From the NCBI GenBank assembly GCA_965287045.1, contig OZ336880.1, positions 40,920,001 through 40,984,000 of the forward strand: a stretch of 64,000 nt of DNA, written 5' to 3'. The notes below the pieces were generated by a model. The model was not told the DNA's origin. It saw only the letters and a program-made list of their open reading frames with translations, and ran no database searches. Shown here piece after piece: positions 1 to 10,992 of this stretch. The stretch comes from Carcharhinus amblyrhynchos. Taxonomy: Eukaryota. How positions within the stretch are numbered: position 1 is the stretch's first letter; the number at the start of each line of letters is the position of its first letter. A program made the translations under genes and the position numbers.

Positions 1-427
1 AGACTTTACCAGACATCCTTTATTATTCTTCTGTCTAATATGCATTCTAAACTCTTTACTTGTTGTCAGTTGTTATCAACATTTCCTTTAGATTTTGGCC
101 GGAATTCTCCATTTCTTGGACAGGTTACCAGATGAAACATTATGTGAAGTGAAGGTGCTAAACACCTCCAGAAATAGTATTGCCCAACATCAACGCATAT
201 TTTGATAACAAATTATAAAGTACCATTAATGTTATCCAGACTACTAAACCCTCCTGGATGAAAGAGGAGATGTGATGATGCGAAACAGCAATAGCAGTGG
301 GTAACCTGAAAGGGGAGAATGGGTATGGACTGGGTAAAATAGACAGTTTGAAAAATCCTTGATTGTATGTTTGATGTTGGCAGGCTTTTCTTTTTAAATA
401 CTCACCTGCAATTTATTGTTGTTTTAG

Positions 428-715
428 AACTTTTAAAGCCTCCTGTCTGTGACATACCACTTAAACCAATGACAATAACCGAAGGAGAGTCATTGAAGCT
501 TAGCTGCCATGTCCATGGGTCTGAACCAATTAAGATACAATGGTTTAAAGACAGAAAAGAAATTAAGCCATCTGAAAGATTGAACATGACCTACAAGGAT
601 GGTACAGCTGCTCTGGAATGTAAAACATCTACTAAATCAGATAGTGGTGACTACCTCTGTAAAGCTACAAATGAAGCTGGAACTGTCTCTTGCAAAGCCA
701 AGCTAACAGTCCAAG
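428..715 (+). CDS. TTN: Titin exon: I-band Ig domain preceding N2A (I79-equivalent)
   Basis: ttttag|AA...CAAG|gtatga; 288 nt, phase 1-1; ELLKPPVCDIPLKPMTITEGESLKLSCHVHGSEPIKIQW...DSGDYLCKATNEAG is an I-set Ig resembling titin. Confidence 0.93.
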
Positions 716-2104
716 GTATGAGGTTGATATGAAATAAATTGGCATTGTGATGTGCATACCATAAGGAGGCTACAGCTCTTACTAATCATGTGTTGTTAAG
801 TTTATCGAACCCCTTTAGCCTTACTGCATTAAGAGAAAAATCAGTGGCGCATTGAGATCCATTACTTGAAGCATTGAAACATTGACGTGATCCACACAGC
901 CATATAGGTGACACTGGATCATTGGACCATTAACCAGTTGTTAAGTTTACCATTAGCAATGTCAAAACCAGGCTTTTTCATTGGCCAAATATGCCTCATG
1001 CTGCCAGTAGTAATCTTTGATTAGGCAATAAAGGTGTTCTCGCAGATCTTGCAAGCCACTTGGATCAGGATCCTCTTGCTAAGCTAGACGGAACATTTTT
1101 AAAAGGAAGAAAACGTTACTTCATACTTTTGAATTCTTAAATCACGTATTTTTTTCTTGCAGTTAAATAGCAAATGCTGTTACATGCTGGTTAACTACAT
1201 TTCATATCTCACAGACTAAATATATACATATAATAATAATATATAAAACTCTAGCTCTGTTTGATACAATACCCTATTATCACTGCTGCCTTTTAAATGC
1301 TACCAAAAAAATCTTCATTTGAAGTTTAATTCCTGATGTCTTTAACCACAATATTAAATTAGTTCATGTAGTTTTAATTATATAAATATGGTACAAGACT
1401 TAAATTGTTCTTAAACAGACAATTAATATGTTATTTATTGAGGTGTAATTTCAACATGCAGTATGTGCACAAGGACTTTCATAATTTTTCATGGTATCAA
1501 AACGATATCTTAGTCTGTAATCATTTTGTTTCATCTTATTACATAATTTGTACAGGTAATTGGACTTCATGTCTTGCATGAACACATTTCAAAATACTAT
1601 AAATAACAATCATAGAAATTGGGATCGGGCCATACTTGATTAATAAATATGGAGGCAGCTCTAGCCAGTTTTTTGTTCTTCCACTTAATGTAAGGGTAAT
1701 AAATGGGGACCTAACACTAACACTAACAAATGGACTCCCAAATCTGAATTCCTATGTTCCCACATGCATAATGCAAAAGTTACCATGCACAAAAATAGAC
1801 ACATTCTACCTATTTTGCAGTGGTGGATGTATTAAAGAAGTGTTTTCAAAGTTGCTAAATAAATATCTTAGCAGTACTTGCACTGAATTACTAACGTTTG
1901 TAATGCATTTCATTCATAATGTCCTGAAGAGTTTATTCAAAAATCTCTCATTGGTGAGATATATGGGTCAATCATATCAGTTCTCAAAAAAGAGAGGAAA
2001 ACTGAACCTCTAAGTAACAACAAGAAGATATTTAACATAAATTTTGCAGCTGTAGACTTGTTAGCATACTTCTTCAATGTTATAGCATATTGCCAATGTC
2101 ATGT

Positions 2105-2767
2105 CATAAGAACATAAGAACATAAGAACATAAGAAATAGGAGCAGGAGTAGGCCATCTGGCCCTTCGAGCCTGCCCCGCCATTCAATAAGATCATGGCT
2201 GATCTGTCGTGGCTCAGTTCCACTTTCCCGCCCTCTCCCCATAACCCTTAATCCCCTCTCTTATCAAAAACCCATCAACCCGCGTCTTAAAAATATTTAG
2301 CGAGGCAGCCTCCACCACTTCAACGGGCAGAGAATTCCAGAGATTCACCACCCTTTGAGTGAAGAAGTTCCTCCTCAACTCCGTTCTGAACCGCCCCCCC
2401 CTTTATCTTGAGGCTGTGCCCCCTAGTCCTACTGTCTTTTTTGAGCGGGAAGAGTCTTTCCACCTCTATCCTATCCATCCCATTCATCATCTTATACGTC
2501 TCAATGAGATCTCCCCTCATTCTTCTAAACTCTAACGAGTACAAGCCTAGTTTATTCAGCCTCTCCTCATAGCTCAACCCCCTCAACTCCGGTATCAGCC
2601 TAGTAAACCTCCTCTGCACTCCCTCCAAGGCCAAAATATCCTTGCGCAGGTGCGGCGCCCAAAACTGCACACAGTACTCCAGCTGCGGCCTCACCAGTGC
2701 CCTATACAGCTGCAGCAAGACCTCCCTACTTTTATATTCAATCCCCCTCGCTATGAAGGCCAGCATG
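2105..2767 (-). mobile_element. 5'-truncated CR1/HER1-like LINE, young copy
   Basis: Minus-strand ORF 2320..2817 gives CR1 ORF2 C-terminus (LYRALVRPQLEYCVQFWAPH...LEGVQRRFTRLIP...RRMRGDLIETYK); (CATAAGAA)n tail at 2105-2136; CATGTCA on both flanks. Confidence 0.92.
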
Positions 2768-3713
2768 TCAAGGTGGATTTCAACTTTTTTCACATATTTA
2801 TTATTTATAATGTACATTTTTGTATGTTTGATGGTAGAATGTTAATTTCCCACTTTTCACAAGAGAAAATTTGCTCAGTTCTACATACACAGATCAAAAT
2901 ATTTGGAGGAGCATGTTATTCTTGGAAAGGAAGATGTCAGTGATCGGATCCATCAAACAACTTAGGGACTTCACATGCATCTAAGTAACCTATAGATTCC
3001 AAGACACATTACTTCTCAACAACACAAACTTGAAGAACCACATCTGGCAATACAATTGTCTCATGAAACTCATAATTGGATGAAGAGATGAAAACTTCTT
3101 TCACATCATCAATGCAGAATGTTCCATTGGAGATTTTTCACAATCTTTAAAATTTTTAATTCATCCATTTTTATGGTTGGAGGCAGATTTAGTATCTACT
3201 ATCAACACCCCAGTCTCAAATGAAAATTATTTTTCATAGACCCTTGGAAGAGATTTCTTAGAAAAAAGCCCCATTGCTGTTTCAATGTTATCAGCTGGAG
3301 AGAAGTGTAAATCCTGCTGATGATATCCTAAAATAACTGTAAATGGATTTAAAACCTGGCAGGGATAAAGGGCAACATTGGGCTTTCAACAAAGGCCAGA
3401 TCATAAATTTTGAGTTAACTGAAAAATTACACGTTTCATTTAACTTGTATTGTTTTCATATCTGACACTTTCTCAGAGACGTAGTGACATAATGCAAATC
3501 AAAATACCCCAATGCAGAGCTGTAGCTGCCCAGTATTTTGTGCCTTAGCAATCCATATGTGAACTGAAAAAAAACCTTTCATCTGCATCTGACTTAAATC
3601 ATCCACTAAATGGTAAGGAATTAGATTAAAATTAAGCACCCTACAACTTGTATATGTAGAAGGTTACAGGAGGAATAACAGGAGATTTTAGTTTCATGTA
3701 AATATAGTTTAAA

Positions 3714-4305
3714 AATTGGCAAGTCATGTTGCAGCTTTATAGAACCTTAGTTAGGCCGCGCTTGGAATATAGTGTTCAATCCTGGTCGCCACATGACCAG
3801 AAGGATGTGAGACTTTGGAGAGGATGCAAAAAAAGTTTTACCAGGATGTTGCCTGGCATGGAGGGCATTAGCAATGAGGAGAGGCTGGAGAAACTAGGTT
3901 TGTTTTCAGTGGAACGACAAAGGTTGAGGAGCGACCTGATAGAGGCCTACAAGATTATGAGGGGCATGGACAGAGTGGATAGTCAGAAGCTTTTTCCCTG
4001 GGTGGGAAAGTTAGTTACTCAGGGGCTTAGGTTTATGGTGCGAGGGACAATGTTTAAAAGAGATGTGTGAGGCACGTTTTTTACTTAGAGGGTGATGGGT
4101 GCCTGGAACTCACTGGTGGAGATTGTGGAAGCACCTATGATAGTGAGTTTTAAGGGGTGTCTGGACAAATACATGAATAGAATGGAAATAGAGGGATATG
4201 ATCCCCGGAAGGGTAGAGGATTAGTTCAGTTGGGCAGCATGATCCATGCAGGCTTGGAGGCCTGAAGGGCCTGTCCTGTGCTGTAATTTTCTTTGTTAGT
4301 TCTTT
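3714..4305 (+). mobile_element. CR1-type LINE 3' fragment
   Basis: ORF 3726..4070 LYRTLVRPRLEYSVQ.W...RLRSDLIEAYKIMRGMDRV followed by a CR1-like 3' UTR. Confidence 0.88.
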
Positions 4306-4773
4306 ATAAATTTTACACCATTATGATTGTTGAATAATGACAATCATTTGAAGTAAGCAACAACTGCACTGAACCACAGGGTATAAGATGCAATTCACTG
4401 TTCAAACACTACTGCTTCTTTATATTGCTAGCATAGGTACAATATAGATTCATATAGACTGAATTCAGACTCAGACCTTCCCTAACTACACAATAAAATA
4501 AAAGAATTGGGTCTCATTGCTCCTCTGCAGCCTCAATGCCAACCCTAACTCCAGATTTGCATAGACAGACTGAAATCTGCATGGAGGTGAGATCATGTTT
4601 GTAGCATAAATGCGCACCAAAATGCTTGGCCAGACTTTTAAATCTTCAAAAAATATATTTTTTGTAATCATATTATTTACTCCTGGCATATTCAACTTGT
4701 TTGCTTGTGAGAATTTTGACGTTGTAAACTAAAGCAATGCCATTCAAAATAATTTTAACATGCTCTGGTTTAG

Positions 4774-4863
4774 AAAAAGCTGCAGCAAAGAAAGTCGTTT
4801 CTCCACCACAGCCAGACAAGATCTTCTTCATTGAGAAACCAAAGAGTGTGAAAGTAATAGCAA
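4774..4863 (+). CDS. TTN: Titin exon: linker and start of N2A Ig I80
   Basis: ggtttag|AA...GCAA|gtaagt; 90 nt; EKAAAKKVVSPPQPDKIFFIEKPKSVKVIA. Confidence 0.88.
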
Positions 4864-5277
4864 GTAAGTGCACTTTGGAATACTTCCTCTCGTGCATAAT
4901 GTTTATTAAAAAGAAACATTTCTGAATAATGCAAAACACGTCAAAGCAAAAATGAGCAAGTAATTACAGCGCTACACTATTGACTGTCAACGAGAAGGTA
5001 TTAGGGTAAATTTTTATCTGAAAGTAGATTCACATTCATTCTTCTAGAGAAAATTAATTACTTTTGTTGGGTCACTCAGCAGAAAGAGAACGCAAAACAG
5101 GGTTCCGTTACTGTATCATTTAAGCACATAACGTTACGCATCAAGTGAAATGTGAATGCCTTTTTTAAACAAAATAGAACAACATCAAGTTCATAGATGT
5201 TTGGTGGGAAAATTATAGAGAGTAGAAGTTTAAAAGACATTTTCATTGATATTTTTCATTTATATTTTACATTGCAG

Positions 5278-5560
5278 AGGGTGTAGCAACATTCATTGCA
5301 AAGGTTGGTGGTGACCCAATTCCAAATGTTAAGTGGATGAAAGGCAAATGGAGACAGATTAACCATGGTGGCCGAGTTATTGTACAGCAAAAGGGACAGG
5401 ATGCCAAATTGGAAATTAAAGACGTGATAAAAACTGATGCTGGACAGTACAGATGTGTCGCGTCTAACAAATCTGGCGAAATTGAAAGCAGCGTAAGTTT
5501 GGAAATTGAAGAGAAGAAAGAAGTCATTGTTGAAACAGACTTCAGAGCTAAACTGAAGAA
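5278..5560 (+). CDS. TTN: Titin exon: N2A Ig I80
   Basis: ttgcag|AG...AAGAA|gtaagt; GVATFIAKVGGDPIPNVKWMKGKWRQINHGGRV...DFRAKLKK matches the known I80 sequence. Confidence 0.96.
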
Positions 5561-5904
5561 GTAAGTATGTTAGATTTGGTGAGATTGTTTAAGGTTCTGA
5601 TTCAAAATATGAATGAACAAATGATATTTAAATGTAGTGTTAGTCATTTTAAAATTACTTTTCCTGATTACCAGAAAAAATAGTGAACGTTCATGAAGTT
5701 TAATGAAACAGAATTTTTTTTCAGTCCAACAGCTTTATTCTCAATTTTTTACTATTTCATTTTGTATGGAAATTGGCAACATAATTTTATAGAAGAACAT
5801 CATTGACTTTAGTTTTGGTCCACGAGCTTGTATATTTTATTTAATTTACATTTCATTTACAATGCAGTAATAATGCATTAATATATGTCATTTATTTTGA
5901 AAAG

Positions 5905-6088
5905 AACACCTTCCAAACAGAAGGAAGAAGAAGTAGACAAGGATATTGACATTGTAGAACTGCTAAGGAATGTTGATCCGAAGGAATATGAAAAGTATGC
6001 CCGCATGTATGGCATTACTGATTTCCGCGGTCTGCTTCAAGCCATTGAACAGCTGAAAGCCAGCAAAGGAGATGAAACTCACAGAGTG
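5905..6088 (+). CDS. TTN: Titin exon: N2A unique sequence (UN2A) part 1
   Basis: gaaaag|A...AGAGTG|gtgagt; DIDIVELLRNVDPKEYEKYARMYGITDFRGLLQA is the diagnostic UN2A motif. Confidence 0.97.
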
Positions 6089-6224
6089 GTGAGTTACTTC
6101 CTGATCATTTATCTGTGTTAATACTGTGGTGTATACTACAGTTTTTATGCAGAATAAAGATCTTACATAATCATTATGCTGTACATTTTTGTAATTGCCT
6201 TTAACTCATTGTCACTTTATTAAG

Positions 6225-6311
6225 GAGTTGGAAGAACATGAACGAGGCCCTGAAGAAGAGGAATTCAATGAACTCATCCAGTATATCCAGCAAAGAATAG
6301 AAAAGGTTGAG
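6225..6311 (+). CDS. TTN: Titin exon: UN2A part 2
   Basis: attaag|GAG...GAG|gtaaga; 87 nt; ELEEHERGPEEEEFNELIQYIQQRIEKVE. Confidence 0.94.
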
Positions 6312-6423
6312 GTAAGATCTGCGCTACAACGAATTAATAGTGACCTTGAATTGCATTCTAATATAATGTTAACATTGTTTTGCTTCAAATGACTATTTTG
6401 TTAAAAAAAATTGTTCTCTGCAG

Positions 6424-6691
6424 CCTATTGAATTAATCAAGGACATTGAAGATCAAGTTGTACGTACAAATGGGGTTGCAGTATTTGAATGTGCAATAAA
6501 GATAAACTATCCTGAAATCAAACTTTCCTGGTACAAAGGAACTGAAAAGTTGGAATCAAATCACAAGTATGAAATTAGTATTGATGGTGACATTCATCGC
6601 TTAAAGGTCAAAAACTGTACACTGCAAGATCAAGGCAACTTCCGCATTGTCTGTGGCCCACATATCTCTAGTGCTAAACTGACTGTTGTCG
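6424..6691 (+). CDS. TTN: Titin exon: N2A Ig I81
   Basis: ctgcag|CCT...GTCG|gtaagt; hand translation PIELIKDIEDQVVRTNGVAVFECAIKINYPEIKLSWYKGTEKLE...DQGNFRIVCGPHISSAKLTVV (absent from the ORF track). Confidence 0.96.
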
Positions 6692-6777
6692 GTAAGTACC
6701 GTTTGCAGTTTTAATTCTGAATATTCTTTCCTCTCATTAACTCATCTAACTTATTTGCATTGCACTATGTTTTCCAG

Positions 6778-7038
6778 AACCTATAGTTGAACAGCACCTT
6801 GAAAATCTTTCTGGTAAGGAAGGTCACATTTGTATCATGGTTTGCCAGTTTTCCTTACCAAATCTGAAAACGGAGTGGTTTAGAAATGGTAGAAGAATTG
6901 AGGGCCGTGGCAGATATTCCATAGATGTTGTGGATAAGTTGCAGAAAGTCACTATTAGTGACTTGAAACCAGAAGATCAAGGCCGATTTACTTGCAAGTT
7001 TGAAGATCTTGAAACATCTGCTGATCTCCACGTTGAAG
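6778..7038 (+). CDS. TTN: Titin exon: N2A Ig I82
   Basis: ttccag|AA...GAAG|gtttgt; 261 nt; CQFSLPNLKTEWFRNGR...EDQGRFTCKFEDLETSADLHVE. Confidence 0.95.
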
Positions 7039-7128
7039 GTTTGTGGTTTAACCAAATGATCGTAACTGAGTTGCACTTAGATTAGTTTTGTACAAGTGTT
7101 ATATTGTTTCTGTTCTTGTGTGTTGTAG

Positions 7129-7338
7129 CACAACCAATTGAATTTACAAAGACAATTCAGGATATTGTGGTGAAAGAACATGAATCAGCTGTGTTTGAAT
7201 GTGAAGTGTCCTTTGATGATGCCATTGTAACCTGGTTTAAAGATACAGTGGTGCTTAAAGAAAGTCCGAAGTACAGTTTCAGAAGACATGGACGACGACA
7301 CTTTATGACTATCCATAACGTCACAACAGAAGATGAAG
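7129..7338 (+). CDS. TTN: Titin exon: N2A Ig I83, 5' part
   Basis: ttgtag|CA...GAAG|gtgtgt; 210 nt; QPIEFTKTIQDIVVKEHESAVFECEVSFDDAIVTW...MTIHNVTTEDE. Confidence 0.95.
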
Positions 7339-7501
7339 GTGTGTACAGTGTAGCCATTAAACATGACACTTTTAATACAGTAGTTATCTATACAAATCTA
7401 TCTGCATACTTGGGTTAAGGAAAAGCAATGAAGATATGTTAAATGTATAGAATCTTGATTAGGCCACAATTAAAAGTACTGTGCACAGTTCTAATCTCCA
7501 T

Positions 7502-8012
7502 GGGCAGATTGGGCATTCTGTATGCTGTCTACCCACCCTTACCTGCCCTGTTGTGATTTTACCAGCAACCATGAGACATCATGCAGTCTTGCCTGTGGGT
7601 CAGTTGAGGCCCTTAGGTGGGTTCCCACTTTAAGGGCAAGAGGGGTTTGCATCCATTTCAAGCCCCCATACCTTTTGATGCCCCTGACCCGCTCACCACC
7701 ATTATTCCCTTTCCAGCCAGCCTGTCTGCCTGACTGCACCCCTCCCCTCACCCTCGTCAATGACACTTGCCAGTCTGGTCCCAGTGAGGCCCCAGACTTG
7801 CTGTCACAGCTGCATTTTGGCATGCTTCAGCCTGGACCCCCCTGCAAATCCAACATTACTGCTTCCGGTGCCACTGCTGCAAAGAGAACTGCTGGCCATT
7901 TCATTTCCCAGCAGTTCTCTGAGGAGGGCCTTCTTTCACAAGGGGAGCAAGCAGGTAGGCTTGCTCCTAACATTTATGCCAGTGTTGGGCACCCAGCCCC
8001 AAAATTCAGCCT
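7502..8012. mobile_element. Non-autonomous TIR element (Harbinger-like) nested in CR1
   Basis: GC-rich insert, imperfect termini GGGCAGATT/AATTCAGCCT, 3-bp CAT duplicated at 7499-7501 and 8013-8015. Confidence 0.65.
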
Positions 8013-8361
8013 CATGTTACAGGAAAGCATATCAAGGCACTAAGGGAGGTACAGAAAAGATTTACAAGGTTGATGTCAAAATGGATAGCTTTCCAACATA
8101 AGGAAAGAGTGCTCAAAAAGGTAAAGGCTGAAAGTGACCTGAAAGAAATGCATAAAAATAGGGAAGGGTTGGATGGAATAGATGTAAAAAAAAGTTTCAC
8201 TTGTGGAGCTGTTCAAATCTAACAGTCTAATAGCCACTAATAAGGAGTTCAGGAAAAGCGCCTTTACTCAGTGAGTGATTAGATTGTTTAACTTGGTGCC
8301 ACAGAAATATTTAAGGCAAATGGCACAAATGTATTTAAGGGGAATTGGCATAAGGGGGAAA

Positions 8362-8662
8362 GGTGGCATGTTGGCACAGTGGTTAGCACTGCTTCCTTAC
8401 AGTGCCAGGAATCCGGGTTCAATTCCGGCCTTGGGTCACTCACTGTCTGTGTGGAGTTTGCATGTTCTCCCCAAGTCTGCCTGAATTTCCTCCGGGTGCT
8501 CCAATTTCTTCCCACAAAGATGTGCATGTTAGGTTGATTGGCCATGATAAATTGCCCCTTAGTGTTGGGGGACTAGCAGGGTAAATACCTGGAGTTATGG
8601 GTGTTGTCATCGCAGGCTCAATGGGCCAAATGTCCTCCTCCTGCACTGTTGGGATTCTCTGA
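8362..8662 (+). mobile_element. tRNA-derived SINE, HE1/V-SINE-like
   Basis: A box TGGCACAGTGG, B box GGTTCAATTCC, V-domain-like core TGTGTGGAGTTTGCATGTTCTCCCC, CR1-like tail. Confidence 0.88.
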
Positions 8663-8844
8663 TAGAAGAGGAAGGATATATTGATAGTGAAATGACGTAG
8701 GGTGGAAGAACCTCATGAAAATCATAAACACTAGCAAAGAACTTCTTTGTCCTGATTGGCCATTTTCTGTGCTGTGAATATTACGCAATACTGATTTAAA
8801 ATAGGACGTTGGTAAATATAGGAATATAAAATTGTATTTTTCAG

Positions 8845-8922
8845 GGGTTTATTCAGTAATTGCTCAACTTGAACCAAGAGGTGAAGCTAAAAGTACTGCA
8901 GAACTTTATGTATCAAGCCAAG
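8845..8922 (+). CDS. TTN: Titin exon: N2A Ig I83, 3' part
   Basis: tttcag|GG...CAAG|gtaggt; 78 nt; GVYSVIAQLEPRGEAKSTAELYVSSQ. Confidence 0.95.
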
Positions 8923-9035
8923 GTAGGTGCAATTGTAAATTAACACATCTTTTTCATAAAACTTTTTCATAAAACTAAAAGGTTTCCTTTATAATTTTAC
9001 TAATTTTCACTGATGCTAAAATCTGTTCTCTGCAG

Positions 9036-9062
9036 AAATCACCTTGAAGCCCAGAAAACCTG
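9036..9062 (+). CDS. TTN: Titin 27-nt microexon at the N2A/PEVK boundary
   Basis: ctgcag|AA...CCTG|gtgggt; EITLKPRKP, similar in position and sequence to mammalian EIKLELKPP. Confidence 0.85.
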
Positions 9063-9401
9063 GTGGGTAATCTGTTTCAAAAAAAATGTTTTAGTCTACT
9101 TAAATTCTCTTTAATGCTGCAGTGAAGTACATGCAGAACTAATTATTTTCATCTTCACTGAGGCAAAAGATTTAATTGTGCAAAAATGAAATGTGGCAGT
9201 ATCAAGTAACTTATTTAATTAATTGCAAATATTTTTATTTGTATTTTTTCTTTATTTTGTGTTTAAAGCAATAAGCATGTACAAGAGAAGCCAGTGATCA
9301 ATAATTTAAAAGCTGCCACTGGCTTGTCTATTTGTCAATGATGTTAATATTCTTGTTCAAGTAGGTCAAATATTAAAATCTGAAATACTATTTAGAAATT
9401 T

Positions 9402-10140
9402 AGGCTGGAATTTTGGAGGTGGAAAGGGCATGTCTTTTAACAGGATTGTGGCAGACCAAAACCCATCAGCCTTCACATCTCTGCCAGAATTAAGTTCTGG
9501 GCAGCAAGGCCCATGGTGACTTTCCATTCTGGCCTTATTGAGATCCTTAAGTGGCCAACTAATGACCACATCACCACCAATAATCCAGCTGCAGGCCTGT
9601 TGCCATGCAATGTGCATAACACATAAAACTTGTGAAACCAACTTGTCAATTCCATGGGTGGGGTAGGTCCATCGTGGTTCTTCAATCAAAGATGCCTGAT
9701 CAAGTGACTGGATATCAGGAAGGGAATGGCCTGCTGTGACCAATGGCTCTGCCCTTGCTGTCAATCCCCTTCCACTGCTCTCAGCTAGACTGCATCCCTC
9801 CCCACAACGGCACCCCGCTCCTCTGCATTATTTACCTGTGGACTGGGTCGCTCCGCCATTCAGGGACTGTCCATTCAGCAGCAGCAGCCATGGCCTCTCC
9901 AATGGTAGCGCTCAGTACTAGAACTGTCATCCTCTGATTAGCTGCCAACTCTTCGTAGGTGTGACTTCCATCCCCACGGATTTGTTTCCAGGGGAAGGCC
10001 CACCAGTGGGCTTGCCACTACCTGTTTTATCAGCAAATTCCCCCCCTCCTCCCAAAAAGAAACACCCTAGTTTCATGCTGGTCTCATGCTGGCTCTGCAG
10101 CCAGCAGACGAGAACTCCAACACCCAAATCAAGATTCCTC
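9402..10140. mobile_element. Degenerate GC-rich non-autonomous TIR element (Harbinger-like)
   Basis: Starts AGGCTGGAATTTT; shares internal motifs (ggcccttaagtggcca.., ctgattggc..) with the elements at 7502, 14975, 15738 and ~49420. Confidence 0.5.
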
Positions 10141-10322
10141 TCTTAATTTCATTTCTTACATTAAATAGTTTAGTAAAGTAATAATGTGATAAATGTGCAG
10201 AAAGAATGGAAGAACAAAACCTAATTACCATTCTTATTGTATTGTTCAAATGTCTTTGATATTGGAATTCCATTTGGAAAAAATTGCCGGTTACAGATAA
10301 GCAAGCACATATTGTGGAAATG

Positions 10323-10770
10323 TTTTCTCAAGGATGTGCTGGCCTTAGACAGGGTCCAGAGGAGGTTCACAAGAATGATCCCTGGAATGAAAAGCTTGTC
10401 ATATGAGAAATGGTTGAGGACTCTGGGTCTGTACTCGTTAGAGGTTAGAAGAATGAGCGAGGAATCTTATTGAAAATTATAGGATATTGCGAGGCGTGGA
10501 TAGAGTGGACGTGGAGAGGATGTTTCCACTAGTCGGGCACAACCTCAAGCCAAAGGGGCGATTCTTTAAAACTCTTTGCCGCAGAAGGCCAAAGAGGCCA
10601 GGTCATTGAATGCGTTTAAGACAGAGATAGATAGTTCTTGATTAATAAGAGGATCAGGAGTTATGCAGAAAAGGCAGGAGGAGGGGGAGACGGAAAATGT
10701 CAGCCATGATTGAATGGCAGAGCAGACTCGGTGGGCCAAGTGGCCTAATTCTGCTTTTATTTCTTATGGT
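10323..10770 (+). mobile_element. CR1-type LINE 3' fragment
   Basis: KDVLALDRVQRRFTRMIPGMKSLSYE..LGLYSLE in ORF 10237..10473; tail ..ggcctaattctgct..tcttatggt. Confidence 0.88.
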
Positions 10771-10968
10771 CAAAGGAGTCTTGTTCAGTTGTTTATTTGT
10801 CAGAATCACGTTTTGAATTCTTGCCACATTTTTCAGCAAATTTTTGAAGTTCCCCTGTGTCCTGTATCCCACTTCGTGCCCTTTTCAATGAGCTGCATTA
10901 ACGTATTTTGCTTGACTTTTTGGAATTATATGTTACTAACGTATGTTTCCCTAATTTCTATGTTGTAG

Positions 10969-10992
10969 AAGAGGAAAAGAAAGAAGAAATAG
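10969..10992 (+). CDS. TTN: Titin candidate 24-nt microexon (EEEKKEEI)
   Basis: TACTAAC branch point at 10934-10940, pyrimidine tract, ttgtag|AAGAGGAAAAGAAAGAAGAAATAG|gtaatg; phase 1-1. Confidence 0.72.
   Translation, partial: KRKRKKK

Larger units (their letters stand above)
7422..8790 (+). mobile_element. Old CR1-type LINE 3' fragment interrupted by two nested insertions
   Basis: Degenerate CR1 sequence at ~7422-7501 resumes at 8013 (..gaggtacagaaaagatttacaagg..) and again after ~8663. Confidence 0.7.

Noticed and set aside
7522-8101. 173-aa and overlapping ORFs in the I83 intron
   Set aside because: Fall within a GC-rich non-autonomous element; low stop density explains them; no domain similarity seen
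8362-8440. tRNA-like sequences with A/B boxes (also 12250, 24230, 26420, 28600, 37970)
   Set aside because: Heads of SINEs continuing into SINE bodies; no complete cloverleaf
9255-9300. Acceptor-like tttaaag|CA after a long pyrimidine tract
   Set aside because: Phase-1 frame hits TGA within 10 codons and there is no good donor
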